Assembly (NCBI GenBank): GCA_016205975.1
Contig: JACQSK010000021.1
Location: 36,324 to 100,323 of the forward strand
Reading direction: 5' to 3'
DNA: 64,000 nt
Origin: Candidatus Uhrbacteria bacterium
GTDB taxonomy: Bacteria; Patescibacteriota; Patescibacteriia; UBA9934; GWF2-40-263
Position 1 is the first letter of the stretch. Each line of letters begins with the position of its first letter. Both the position numbers and the translations under genes were made by a program. Positions 1 to 9,190 of the stretch are shown here, piece after piece. The notes below the pieces were generated by a model. That model did no database searches and had not been told where the DNA came from. It worked only from the letters and a program-made list of their open reading frames with translations.

Positions 1-43
1 GAGACGCCGAGCGCTGTCCAGAATGTCCGTCCAAAAAATTGGT

Positions 44-748
44 TCATAGAGAATGTTTGCGCTCAATGATCCTCCTCGCTTCCTGATAGCGTTGGACCCT
101 GCGCGGCGTCCAGCCCAACCGCTTCCACGGGATGCGGTAGGCAATCTCCGGCAGCCACTGCGAGATCCCGCGGCGGCCGCGAGCGTGCGTGACGGTGAAC
201 AGGAAGGCGTCGACGAAGACGCCGGTGCGGCCCTGCTCGAGCATCGTCAGCCAGAGGTCCCAATCTTGAAAGCGCTTGAGCGAGAGGTCGAAGCCCGGGA
301 AGTGTGCGCGCCGAATGAGCGATGTCGTATGGATGAAGTTGTTGCTTCGCAAGGCGCGCGCGTCAAAGGTGTGCGAGCGGAAGCGTCGGCGCCCAAGAGA
401 GAAACTTGCGTAGGCATATGAAGCCTCGGGGTGGAGCGCGAGCGCGCGTTCAAGATCTTCGAGCAGTGTGGGCGCGGCCACGACGTCCGCGTCGCAGAAT
501 AAGATGAGATCGCCGGTCGAGCGGGAAAAACCCGCCATGCGAGCTGCTGGCGCGCCGCGATTTTCTTGAAAGACATACTGAATGCGATCCAGATACGGCG
601 CGAGCCGCGCGCGCGTGTCGTCCGTTCCGCCATCGTCCACCACGAGGATCTCCTCAGGCGGACGTGTCTGAGCGAACAAGGACTCCAGGCACGCGGCGAT
701 CGTCTTGCCGTGCTGGTAGGTTGGGATGATCACGGAGATGCCGCTCAT
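44..748 (-). CDS. glycosyltransferase family 2
   Basis: 234-aa ORF; N-terminus MSGISVIIPTYQHG...ILVVDDGGTDDT matches the GT-A/GT2 nucleotide-sugar binding region. Confidence 0.8.
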   Translation of the reverse strand: MSGISVIIPTYQHGKTIAACLESLFAQTRPPEEILVVDDGGTDDTRARLAPYLDRIQYVFQENRGAPAARMAGFSRSTGDLILFCDADVVAAPTLLEDLERALALHPEASYAYASFSLGRRRFRSHTFDARALRSNNFIHTTSLIRRAHFPGFDLSLKRFQDWDLWLTMLEQGRTGVFVDAFLFTVTHARGRRGISQWLPEIAYRIPWKRLGWTPRRVQRYQEARRIIERKHSL

Positions 749-1836
749 AGGTAGGGCTTCAGCTTGCCAAATTGTTGCTCGCAGGTAAACGATGCCGCGC
801 GTTTCCTGGCGCGCGCACCCAAGAGCAAACGCCGCTCGTTGTCACGCGAGAGATCGAGGAGCGTCTGAGCGAGTCGTTCGGGATCTTGATCGGGAAGCAC
901 GATTCCCGTCTCGCCATCTACGACCGCCTCGGTCACACCCGTGACGTTGGTGGTGATACTCGGGAGCGCGTATCGCGCGGCCTCCAAAAACACCAGCCCG
1001 AACCCTTCCTTGTCCACGGGGTCGTTGCCCACAGGCATCACGAACACATCGGCGCGCGCGTAAAACTCGCCCAGCGCCGCATCGTCCACGCGACCGTGGA
1101 ACGCCACGACCTCCTGGAGCCCCAGCTCTGCGACCATCTCCCTCAGCGTCGCCTCCTCTGGCCCTTCTCCCACGATGTCGTAGGCGATGTTCAAAAGAAG
1201 TCCCTGGCGGCGTGAGAGCGAGAGCGCGCTCAAGACGGCCGCATGGCCCTTGCGTTTCACAAGGCGCGCGACTGTCAACAAACGGAACCGGCCGTCCGGC
1301 GCGGGCTTCGGGATAACCAGAGCCGCAGAGAGACACGGATACACGACGAGGATTTCCGTCACGCCAAACGTCGCGGCGACCTCTTGCGCAAGCGCCTGGG
1401 AGTTTGCCACCACGAGCCGTGCGCGCTTGAGGATTTTTCTGGCAAGCGCGCGCTTGCGCGGCGAAGCGGCTGCAAGACGGACGTCCATGCCGTGGACGAA
1501 CACGATGTAAGGTGTTCCCGTTTTCTTCTGAGCGAACAGAGCCGCCGCGCCAAACGGCAATACATGGCTCACGAGGATCAGACGATAACGATCGCGGTAG
1601 CTCCTCAGCGTTCTGACCGTCTTCCACCAGCGCGGGAAGATCCACGTAAACAAGAGCGGGCTTCGATAAATGGGATAGCCGGCGGAAGGATCGAAGGACT
1701 GCCAGGCCGCGTTGGGCTCGCACAGGACCTCGACTTCGTCTTTTAAAAACGAGCAGAGCGAACTCAACGTACGCGCCACGCCGCCGGTGAGAGGCGGAAA
1801 GTCCGGAGTGATAAGGAGGAGTTTATTTTGGTTCAT
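745..1836 (-). CDS. glycosyltransferase family 4 (GT-B fold)
   Basis: tool ORF 745..2397 trimmed to the internal ATG at 1834-1836 (MNQNKLLLITPDFPPLTGGV...), which overlaps the upstream gene stop by 4 nt (ATGA); C-terminal ...GFGLVFLEAARYALPSITTNVTGVTEAVVDGETGIV is the GT4 EX7E-type region; the 187-aa N-terminal extension of the raw ORF is Arg/Gly-rich junk. Confidence 0.8.
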   Translation of the reverse strand: MNQNKLLLITPDFPPLTGGVARTLSSLCSFLKDEVEVLCEPNAAWQSFDPSAGYPIYRSPLLFTWIFPRWWKTVRTLRSYRDRYRLILVSHVLPFGAAALFAQKKTGTPYIVFVHGMDVRLAAASPRKRALARKILKRARLVVANSQALAQEVAATFGVTEILVVYPCLSAALVIPKPAPDGRFRLLTVARLVKRKGHAAVLSALSLSRRQGLLLNIAYDIVGEGPEEATLREMVAELGLQEVVAFHGRVDDAALGEFYARADVFVMPVGNDPVDKEGFGLVFLEAARYALPSITTNVTGVTEAVVDGETGIVLPDQDPERLAQTLLDLSRDNERRLLLGARARKRAASFTCEQQFGKLKPYL

Positions 1837-3272
1837 ACGCGCGAGCGCACCGTCTGCGCCACCGATCGGATATCCTGCAGACGCAGCGCACGGGTTGTCA
1901 GAAGCGAGAGAACGTACACGGCCGCACCCAACGGAATCACAAGGATCCAACCGATAAGCGGCTTCAGGACAAGAACCGCGCCGAGCATCAACGCGCCGGA
2001 GAAAAAAATCGGAAAGAGGAGACGCAGGGTGTCGCGATAGCGGAACCCCGGAAGGACGCGCGGCACGAAGAACATCCCCGCGACGAACATGAAAACAAAA
2101 CAGACGAGCGCGGCCTCTGCGGCGCCCAGAATCCCCATGCGCGGAATGAGAATCACGTTGAGCGCGATATTGATGACCATCGTCACGCCCATGATCACGG
2201 TTTTGGTGGACTGGCGGCCTGAGGCGTTCAAGAGGCTCCCTACGGGAAAATCCAGAAAGATCGGAATGAGCACAAACACGAGCAGCGAGAGGACGGGGGC
2301 AGCTGGCGCATAGTCCGGACCGGCCAAGCGTACTGCCTCGGGCGCAATCGCCCAGAGCCCCAGTACGATGGGCACAGCGAGGATCCCCATGTACCACAAG
2401 CCTTTGAGGAAGATGCGCTCAAGCGCGTGGACATCACGTTCCACCACGGCGCTCATGCCGGGATACAGCGCGGCCGTGAACGCAAGCGGAAGGAACTGGA
2501 ACGCGTAGGTGAACTTGTAGGCGAGCGCGTACATCCCCACCGCGGCCGTGTCGAGAAATTTTGAAATCAGGATGGAGTCAACGTACGAATAGAGTTTGAC
2601 GAACAGCGCAGCCAGGGCAAACGGCATGGCCGCGCGCAGGAGTGCTCCTGCGTCGGTTCGGCGCAGCGTCGGCACGAGCGCACGCGCTCCGAGTCGCCTC
2701 ACGACCATGGATCCGGCAACCGCGACGTTTATCGCTGATCCCGCCATGAGAGCCGCGATCAAGAGCGGGAGCGATGGAGAAAGCCAGAGCACCAGGCCGC
2801 CCAAGAGTGCGGTCGTCCCCTGTCCCAAAAAAACGCCAAGCGACTCATACCGCAGCACTTGGAATCCGCGCAGCACGCCGTAGAGCAAGAGATGCATCGC
2901 GTCCAGCGATAAGACGATGCAGGCGAGCGCGATGAGCATCACAAGGCGCGCGTTATAGCCAAGGGCCATACCGGTAGCGATCGCGAAGAGCGATGCCAGA
3001 ATGAGCATCGGGATTTTGAGAGCCAACGCCTGGGAGAGCAGAGCGGGTGCGCGTTCGGGTGCCTTGGCCACCTCGCGAATGACGATGGGCGTGACGCCCA
3101 GGTCGGCCACGACCGTGAAGACGACCGTGATCGAGACCGCGAGGAAGTACTCCCCTGTGGCCTCCGGCATCATCACGCGCGCCAGAAACAAAAAGTAGAC
3201 AAAAGCGATGATCTTTTGTCCGACAGAAGCGAGCGTCAGGAAGGCTGTATTTTGGGTGATGTGATGAGTCAC
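1833..3272 (-). CDS. polysaccharide biosynthesis protein / Wzx-like flippase (MOP superfamily)
   Basis: 479 aa, polytopic membrane protein (about 12-14 hydrophobic segments); N-terminus typical of PST-family flippases; co-oriented with two glycosyltransferases. Confidence 0.7.
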   Translation of the reverse strand: MTHHITQNTAFLTLASVGQKIIAFVYFLFLARVMMPEATGEYFLAVSITVVFTVVADLGVTPIVIREVAKAPERAPALLSQALALKIPMLILASLFAIATGMALGYNARLVMLIALACIVLSLDAMHLLLYGVLRGFQVLRYESLGVFLGQGTTALLGGLVLWLSPSLPLLIAALMAGSAINVAVAGSMVVRRLGARALVPTLRRTDAGALLRAAMPFALAALFVKLYSYVDSILISKFLDTAAVGMYALAYKFTYAFQFLPLAFTAALYPGMSAVVERDVHALERIFLKGLWYMGILAVPIVLGLWAIAPEAVRLAGPDYAPAAPVLSLLVFVLIPIFLDFPVGSLLNASGRQSTKTVIMGVTMVINIALNVILIPRMGILGAAEAALVCFVFMFVAGMFFVPRVLPGFRYRDTLRLLFPIFFSGALMLGAVLVLKPLIGWILVIPLGAAVYVLSLLTTRALRLQDIRSVAQTVRSRV

Positions 3273-3343
3273 AGCAGGCTCATTGTATCGGACTCGGTGG
3301 AATTAGAAAACCCGTCCTGATCGAGTCGGAGGACGGGTTGCGT

Positions 3344-4258
3344 TTAGCGCTGAGGGAACAGGTCCGGACCTCTCCAGCGCCGCATGGTTGATTTGCCCTG
3401 CACGGGATGCGCGGCTTTCACCGGCTCCACCAGGACGGCCTGCGAGCGCAGTTCGCCCATGAGGACCTCGCTCTGGATGAACCGCGCTTGCCAGAGCTGG
3501 AAGAGCACCATGTGCAGATCCATCACGAGAGCAGCCTCCACGGGCGAGTAGAGCTCGCTCCCGCGCGGCGAAGGGGCCCACACGGCGCGTCGGCGCCTCC
3601 AGGCCTCGGGAATCCATCCGCCTCTCGTCGTTGGCCCGTTCACTTGCAGATCCCAGATCACCTTGGACAGGTCGAACGCGTCGCTCTGGCCTGCCCTGTG
3701 CGAGCGGATGCGCTGGTAGCCCATGGCGAGGTAGGCGGCAAAGCTCGAACCTTTTTCCACGGCGCCGCGCGGGAACAGGTTCACGGCGCGCATGCACGCC
3801 ATGTAGAGCCTGTCCGTGATCGAACCGCGACGAAGAATCTCCAGAAGATCCTTGTCGCCGGGGAACAGATCCATCTCGACGCTGACTTCCTCTTCCCGGC
3901 TCGCGGGATCCACGTCGAAGTCTGTCACGACTCCGCGCAACGCGACGAGGTTGGGGATCGTCTGTTCGGTGGGCAGGAATCCTCCGCCCACATCCACCCA
4001 GCTGATCTCGCTTGGAAACCCATCGCGATTCAGGATCGGGCTTGTGGTCCGCTCATCGGCCTGCGGAAAGTCAATGAACACGCGCCTCCACTCCCGGTCG
4101 CCCAGTTCTCCTTCGTACTCTGCGTTGATCGTGTCGCCACCCATGTTGAGCACATGGACGGCGGCCCCATGGCCCTCGTCCTCTCGGACGCGGGTTTGCG
4201 CGGTCGCCACTTGAACACGAGACTTGCTTGCCATGCTCTCTCCAGTGGGATGCCTCAT
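3344..4258 (-). CDS. hypothetical protein
   Basis: 304-aa ORF with protein-like composition and no motif I can assign; alternative start MASKSR at 4234. Confidence 0.45.
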   Translation of the reverse strand: MRHPTGESMASKSRVQVATAQTRVREDEGHGAAVHVLNMGGDTINAEYEGELGDREWRRVFIDFPQADERTTSPILNRDGFPSEISWVDVGGGFLPTEQTIPNLVALRGVVTDFDVDPASREEEVSVEMDLFPGDKDLLEILRRGSITDRLYMACMRAVNLFPRGAVEKGSSFAAYLAMGYQRIRSHRAGQSDAFDLSKVIWDLQVNGPTTRGGWIPEAWRRRRAVWAPSPRGSELYSPVEAALVMDLHMVLFQLWQARFIQSEVLMGELRSQAVLVEPVKAAHPVQGKSTMRRWRGPDLFPQR

Positions 4259-4341
4259 TCAAGCAGAGATGCAGGAGCATGTCAATCTCTCCTCCAACCG
4301 CATTTAAAAACTGGCCCAGAATGGGTCAGTTCAAGCACACC

Positions 4342-5334
4342 CTAGTGGCGCGTGAGCCGTTGTACGTAATCGCTCCCCAGTTCCTCGAGGAGGTCTGGGC
4401 TTCCCAGCTGCGTGAGATTGCCAGGATGGCGGTTGGCTCGAACGAGATCGCGCAAGGCGCCCACGCCCACGCGCGTGGTTTCCAGGCGGTCGAGCAGGTA
4501 GCCCTCGCGCCTGAGCTGCGCGGCGATTTTTCCTTCGGTGCCGCGCTCCCCGTCCTGGGCGAAGGCGGCCTTCCATAGGCTCTCCATGATCGGCAGGAAC
4601 TCCAGCACAACCACGTCCACCAGTTTGTTCTCGTGCGCGCCGCCCGGTTCCCACGGATCGACCTCGGGGACCGCGGGCACGTCCCACAGGTCCAGAGGCG
4701 GAACGGCCCACCAGGGATAGAGTCGTGAACCAAAGACGTGCAGGGGTCCCTTGAGGGGCCAGTGCGCGGCCTCGTACTTCTCACGCTCGCGCGCATTGTG
4801 ATGCGCGATTTGAGCAACGAGCTTGCGCAGGAGCTCCGTGGAGCTGGCGCGGTAGGAATACACGCGGACGAGGTCGCGGGTGAACGCGAAGGTGATTTCC
4901 AAGGTCGTTCCCTTGGGTGGAGCCAGGACCGAGAGGGATTTGTGCGCGTTGCGTATGGCCTCCACGGCGTCGTAACGCGCTTCGAGCGCTTGGGGCATCG
5001 GCGCGTCGAACACGCCGATCACGACGTTGCCGATGGCATCGCGCGGATGGCGCTGGGCGTACAACCGGCGCAGCAGGGCCGTATCGTAAGGCGAGATTGT
5101 CACGTGCCAGTGGTCCGTGATCCTTGAGAGAGAAGGCGTTTGGTCCGTGACGGTCGTGCGCAGGCCCACGGCGGCCGGGATGTGCATGCCCGAAGGCATC
5201 TGCACGATCGCGATGTCCTTCTCTCGCGCAAGCGCCAAGTCGGGCTTGATCTCCCTGCGGGACTGAACCCCTTCCAGCTGATCTCGGATGGACACCTCCG
5301 CCGTATGGACAGCGGGCTTGGATGCGTGGGGCAT
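4342..5334 (-). CDS. hypothetical protein
   Basis: tool ORF 4342..5436 trimmed to the ATG at 5334 (MPHASKPAVH...) so it does not run into rpsI; no recognisable motif. Confidence 0.45.
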   Translation of the reverse strand: MPHASKPAVHTAEVSIRDQLEGVQSRREIKPDLALAREKDIAIVQMPSGMHIPAAVGLRTTVTDQTPSLSRITDHWHVTISPYDTALLRRLYAQRHPRDAIGNVVIGVFDAPMPQALEARYDAVEAIRNAHKSLSVLAPPKGTTLEITFAFTRDLVRVYSYRASSTELLRKLVAQIAHHNAREREKYEAAHWPLKGPLHVFGSRLYPWWAVPPLDLWDVPAVPEVDPWEPGGAHENKLVDVVVLEFLPIMESLWKAAFAQDGERGTEGKIAAQLRREGYLLDRLETTRVGVGALRDLVRANRHPGNLTQLGSPDLLEELGSDYVQRLTRH

Positions 5335-5420
5335 GGAATCTCCTCCCGGCTGGATTGAAACACGGACATGGGCGAAAGTCAAAACCGCCCTGAGGAATCT
5401 CGAAGGACGGTTTATTTTTT

Positions 5421-5825
5421 CTAACGCTTGGACCACTGCGGAGAGCGGCGCGCCGATTTTTTTCCTGGCTTCTTGCGCTCGCGCACGCGCGCGTCGCGAG
5501 TCAGCATACCCAATTTTTTCAAGACGCTGCGGAACTCAGGATTGAAATTGAGCAGACCGCGGGCGATGCCTAAGCGGATGCTGTCCGCCTGTCCGCGCGC
5601 GCCGCCGCCCTCAACCTTGACCGAGATATCAAACGCGCCTTCCATGCCCGTCTCTTTGAGTGGCGCCTGAACGGAGTCTCTCAGCGTGATGAGCGGAAGA
5701 TACTTCTCGAGCCCACGCCCGTTGATGACAATTTTTCCCGTTCCGCCGTGGGTCATGCGCACGCGAGCGATGGCCGCCTTGCGGCGCCCCAGAGCCTCGA
5801 TGTATTTGCTTGTCGACACTTCCAT
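5421..5825 (-). CDS. rpsI: 30S ribosomal protein S9
   Basis: 134 aa; ...GGGARGQADSIRLGIARGL... and C-terminal ...SARRSPQWSKR are the S9 signatures; follows rplM as in the canonical rplM-rpsI operon. Confidence 0.95.
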   Translation of the reverse strand: MEVSTSKYIEALGRRKAAIARVRMTHGGTGKIVINGRGLEKYLPLITLRDSVQAPLKETGMEGAFDISVKVEGGGARGQADSIRLGIARGLLNFNPEFRSVLKKLGMLTRDARVRERKKPGKKSARRSPQWSKR

Positions 5826-5826
5826 A

Positions 5827-6183
5827 CTAATTTTTTATCGTCAGACGTTTAAGGCGCGGGGAGCGTTGTTTGTTTTTCGGCAACATGCGAGAGACAGCCT
5901 CCCTCAAGATCTTGGACGGGTCCGTTGCCATGAGTCCCTTGAGCGTGCGCTGTTTCAAACCGCTCGCGTAGGTCGTGTGCCGATAGTAGACCTTGGACTC
6001 CTTGACCGGATGGATTTTCATGCTTGCAGCGTTCACCACTTGCACGAAATCGCCTCCGTCCACGTTGGGAGCGAACGATGCCTTATGCTTACCGATCAAA
6101 AGACGCACGACCGAAGTCGCCAGGCGTCCGGGGACTTTCCCTTCCGCGTCGATGGTATGGATGTCGCGAGTGGCGTCTTTCAT
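5827..6183 (-). CDS. rplM: 50S ribosomal protein L13
   Basis: 118 aa; MKDATRDIHTIDAEGKVPGRLAT...YRHTTYASGLK matches L13. Confidence 0.95.
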   Translation of the reverse strand: MKDATRDIHTIDAEGKVPGRLATSVVRLLIGKHKASFAPNVDGGDFVQVVNAASMKIHPVKESKVYYRHTTYASGLKQRTLKGLMATDPSKILREAVSRMLPKNKQRSPRLKRLTIKN

Positions 6184-6530
6184 ACGAGTTCAATGTTCAC
6201 CATTTCCGCGCCGTCATTTTTTCGCGGCGCCAGCTTCACGATGCGCGTGTAGCCGCCCGGGCGCGTCCCGTAGCGCGGGCCCAGTACTTCCAGGATTTTT
6301 TTGACGGGATGCTCCGTGTAGAAAAACGCCAGGAGCTGGCGGCGCGCCGCGAGCGTTGGCTTCTTGCCAACGGTGATCGCTTTTTCCACCAGCGGCCGAA
6401 CGGCCTTGGCCTTGGCCTGCGTCGTCTTTATCTTCTCATACAAAATCACGCTCGCCGCCAGATTGCGAAGCAACGCCTCGCGCGGCGCTTTCTCTCGGTC
6501 CAAGATTTTTCCTTTGTTTCGATGACGCAT
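6180..6530 (-). CDS. rplQ: 50S ribosomal protein L17
   Basis: 116 aa; MRHRNKGKILDREKAPREALLRNLAASVILYEKIKTT is the L17 N-terminus; directly downstream of rpoA. Confidence 0.95.
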   Translation of the reverse strand: MRHRNKGKILDREKAPREALLRNLAASVILYEKIKTTQAKAKAVRPLVEKAITVGKKPTLAARRQLLAFFYTEHPVKKILEVLGPRYGTRPGGYTRIVKLAPRKNDGAEMVNIELV

Positions 6531-6538
6531 AGACCTTT

Positions 6539-7249
6539 CTAACCCTCCTGTGACTCGCTGCGCGTGCCAGGCGTGAGCAGCGCAAAAGAATCGATCAATA
6601 GTTTGGCAGACTGTTCGACGGCTTCCTGCGGCGTGACCGTGCCGTCCGTTTCAATGGTCATGATGAGCTTGTCGTAGTTGGTGATCTCGCCCACGCGCGT
6701 ATTCTCCACGCGGTAGCCGACGTTCCGGATCGGCGAGAAGAGCGCATCGATCGCGATCGTGCCAAGCTCCTGGACCTCGTTCACGCGCTCCTCGGTGGGC
6801 GAGTATCCGCGTCCGCGGCGCACCGTGAGCTCCATCTCCAGGCTCGCGCCGTCTTCCGTTACGGTGGCGATGACCAAATCGCTATTCACAATCTCGACGT
6901 CCGCGTTGGGCTGGATGTCGGCGGCGGTCACGCTCTTGGCCCCTTTCACCGAGAGGGTCAGCTTCACGGGCTCGTCGGAAAAACATTTTAACCGCAGCGA
7001 CTTCAGATTCAAAATGATCTCCAGCGCGTCCTCTTTGACACCCTTCACTGCCTGGAACTCGTGGTTCACGCCTTTCATCTTTACGGCGGTCACGGCCGCG
7101 CCGGGAAGCGAAGACAAGAGCACACGGCGCAAGGCGTTGCCAAGCGTCGTGCCGTATCCATGAAAACAAGGCTCGACAACCAAGATTCCCTCGTGAGGGC
7201 GGCTGCCGGCTTCGTATTGGATGCGCGATGGAAGAAGGATGTTCTCCAT
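6539..7249 (-). CDS. rpoA: DNA-directed RNA polymerase subunit alpha, N-terminal domain only (no alpha-CTD)
   Basis: tool ORF 6539..7369 trimmed to MENILLPSRIQYEAG... at 7249; alpha-NTD dimerisation/assembly region recognisable; stop lies 8 nt before rplQ, so no CTD is encoded. Confidence 0.85.
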   Translation of the reverse strand: MENILLPSRIQYEAGSRPHEGILVVEPCFHGYGTTLGNALRRVLLSSLPGAAVTAVKMKGVNHEFQAVKGVKEDALEIILNLKSLRLKCFSDEPVKLTLSVKGAKSVTAADIQPNADVEIVNSDLVIATVTEDGASLEMELTVRRGRGYSPTEERVNEVQELGTIAIDALFSPIRNVGYRVENTRVGEITNYDKLIMTIETDGTVTPQEAVEQSAKLLIDSFALLTPGTRSESQEG

Positions 7250-7265
7250 ACAAAATAGATGATGA

Positions 7266-7880
7266 CTAGCGGGAGTAAAATTCGACGATAAAGGTAGGCG
7301 CAAACCCCTGGTCCAAATCTTCTCCCTCAGGAGTCGCGGTGACCTTACCGCTGAGCGCCTTGTCGTCACGCGCGATCCACTTGGGTGTCGTGCTGGATTT
7401 CATGGTCTCGGGGATCATTTTGACAAGCGGCTTTTCGCGTTTGGATTCCTTCACTCCGATGACGTCTCCCACGGCAAGCGTGAAAGACGGAATGTCGACA
7501 CTCTTGTCGTTCACGAGGATAAAACCGTGGCTCACCATCTGCCGCGCATGACGGCGCGACTTCGCCCACCCTAGACGGTACACGGCGTTGTCCAGACGCA
7601 TCTCCAACAGGCGTACGAGGATTTCTGCGGTGTTCCCCTTGGTCTTGGAGGCCTTGGCAAAGGTGTTTCGAAACTGCCGCTCCATCAGGCCGTAGAGCGC
7701 CTTGGCTTTTTGCTTTTCGCGGAGCTGTTCGCCGTACGCAGAAAGACGCGGTCGCATCTTCGACTGCTTGGGTCCGTGGACGCCAGGCGGATAGGCGCGG
7801 CGACGGGCGAACTTTTCCTTCCCCAGGACGAGCCCGAGTCGGCGAGAACGCTTAACGATTGGTGTCGTGTTTCTTCCCAT
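7266..7880 (-). CDS. rpsD: 30S ribosomal protein S4
   Basis: 204 aa; MGRNTTPIVKRSRRLG...GVHGPK...YGEQLREKQKAKALYG matches S4. Confidence 0.95.
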   Translation of the reverse strand: MGRNTTPIVKRSRRLGLVLGKEKFARRRAYPPGVHGPKQSKMRPRLSAYGEQLREKQKAKALYGLMERQFRNTFAKASKTKGNTAEILVRLLEMRLDNAVYRLGWAKSRRHARQMVSHGFILVNDKSVDIPSFTLAVGDVIGVKESKREKPLVKMIPETMKSSTTPKWIARDDKALSGKVTATPEGEDLDQGFAPTFIVEFYSR

Positions 7881-7883
7881 ACC

Positions 7884-8297
7884 TTACACGCGGCGTGGCT
7901 TAGGCGCGCGGCAGCCGTTATGCGGCAGCGGCGTCACATCTTTGATGGAGAGGACCTGAAGGCCGTTGGCGTTCAGGGCGCGGATCGCAGAGTCGCGGCC
8001 CGTGCCGACGCCTTTCACGAACACACTCACCTCACGCAGGCCGCTTTCTTTCACCCGGTCGGTGGCAGTCTTCACCACGATGCTCGCCGCATACGGCGTG
8101 GACTTTTTCGGTCCCTTGAACCCGCAGTTGCCGGCGCTGGACCACGCAAGCGTGTTGCCGTTCAAATCGGTAAGCGTCACCATGGTGTTGTTGTAGGTTG
8201 ACTGGATATAAGCACACCCCTGGGAAACTTGGGGCATGGCTTTTTTCTTTTTCGATTTCGGTCTCGCCGCAATGGCTGGCTTTTCTTCGGTGGTCAT
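7884..8297 (-). CDS. rpsK: 30S ribosomal protein S11
   Basis: 137 aa; ...YIQSTYNNTMVTLTDLNGNTLAWSSAGNCGFKG... is the S11 signature. Confidence 0.95.
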   Translation of the reverse strand: MTTEEKPAIAARPKSKKKKAMPQVSQGCAYIQSTYNNTMVTLTDLNGNTLAWSSAGNCGFKGPKKSTPYAASIVVKTATDRVKESGLREVSVFVKGVGTGRDSAIRALNANGLQVLSIKDVTPLPHNGCRAPKPRRV

Positions 8298-8303
8298 ACA
8301 GGA

Positions 8304-8690
8304 CTAGGTCTTAGTAAGCGCGCGGCGTCCGCTACCCATGGTCTTGCGCATGTTCCCGCGCACAGTGCGTGAGTTCGTTTTGGTGCGCTGTCCGCGCGCG
8401 GGCAAGTGCTTGGCATGGCGCGCCCCGCGGTAGGAACCGATTTCCTTCAGACGTTTGATACTGGCGAGACGGTCTCGGCGCAGGTCTCCTTCCAGGCGGC
8501 GGTTCTTTTCCACGAGGGTACGGATGCTGTTCACCTGGTCGTCGGTCAAATCCTTCACGCGGATGTCTTCGCTCACGCCCGCTTCCTTCAACACCGCCAC
8601 GGCCGTGGGTTTGCCGATACCGTAAACATACGTGAGGGCGATCACGACGCGCTTCTGAGTCGGAATGTTGATTCCTGCAATTCTTGCCAT
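8304..8690 (-). CDS. rpsM: 30S ribosomal protein S13
   Basis: 128 aa; [26 protein letters not shown] matches S13. Confidence 0.95.
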   Translation of the reverse strand: MARIAGINIPTQKRVVIALTYVYGIGKPTAVAVLKEAGVSEDIRVKDLTDDQVNSIRTLVEKNRRLEGDLRRDRLASIKRLKEIGSYRGARHAKHLPARGQRTKTNSRTVRGNMRKTMGSGRRALTKT

Positions 8691-8692
8691 AC

Positions 8693-8806
8693 TTATCCTT
8701 GGCGCTGTTTATGTCGCGGGTTCTTACACATCACAACCACTCGGCCTTTACGGCGGGTGACCTTGCACTCTCGACAGATTTTTTTTGCGGAGGCTCTGAC
8801 TTTCAT
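8693..8806 (-). CDS. rpmJ: 50S ribosomal protein L36
   Basis: not in the ORF track (too short); manual minus-strand translation gives [37 protein letters not shown] (37 aa), the L36 zinc-ribbon protein, in its canonical slot between infA and rpsM. Confidence 0.85.
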   Translation of the reverse strand: MKVRASAKKICRECKVTRRKGRVVVMCKNPRHKQRQG

Positions 8807-8854
8807 AGTTCGACTTCGGCCGTCACCGACGGCCTGCGTTCACGACCCTGGAAC

Positions 8855-9076
8855 TTAAAAACGATACACCACCCTACCCTTTGTGAGATCATACGGACTG
8901 ATCTCGACTTTGACCTCATCGCCGGGAAGCAGGCGGATTCGGAACTTGCGCATCTTCCCTGAGAGGTGGCCGGTGATCGTTTGATCGTTCTCCAGTTTAA
9001 TTTTGAACGTGGCAGACGGAAGAAGCTCTTCAACCGTGCCCCGCATCTCGATAAAATCTTTTGTCCCCTTGTCCAT
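8855..9076 (-). CDS. infA: translation initiation factor IF-1
   Basis: tool ORF trimmed to [73 protein letters not shown] (73 aa), S1-like OB fold of IF-1. Confidence 0.9.
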   Translation of the reverse strand: MDKGTKDFIEMRGTVEELLPSATFKIKLENDQTITGHLSGKMRKFRIRLLPGDEVKVEISPYDLTKGRVVYRF

Positions 9077-9190
9077 AATGCAATAGCGCCAAAATACTAA
9101 CACTCTCTTGTGATCATGGCAAGGAAACTTGGGGATTTAAGGCGCCGCTATTGTACTGATCGACCTATCCCCTGTCAAGAAATGGATTCC

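Noticed and set aside
3407-4345. 312-aa plus-strand ORF opposite the two unknown minus-strand genes
   Set aside because: Translation is Arg/His/Gly/Ala/Pro-rich low complexity, and the minus-strand ORFs have better protein-like composition and fit the operon direction. This was not verified computationally, so it is listed as a caveat in the corresponding finding.
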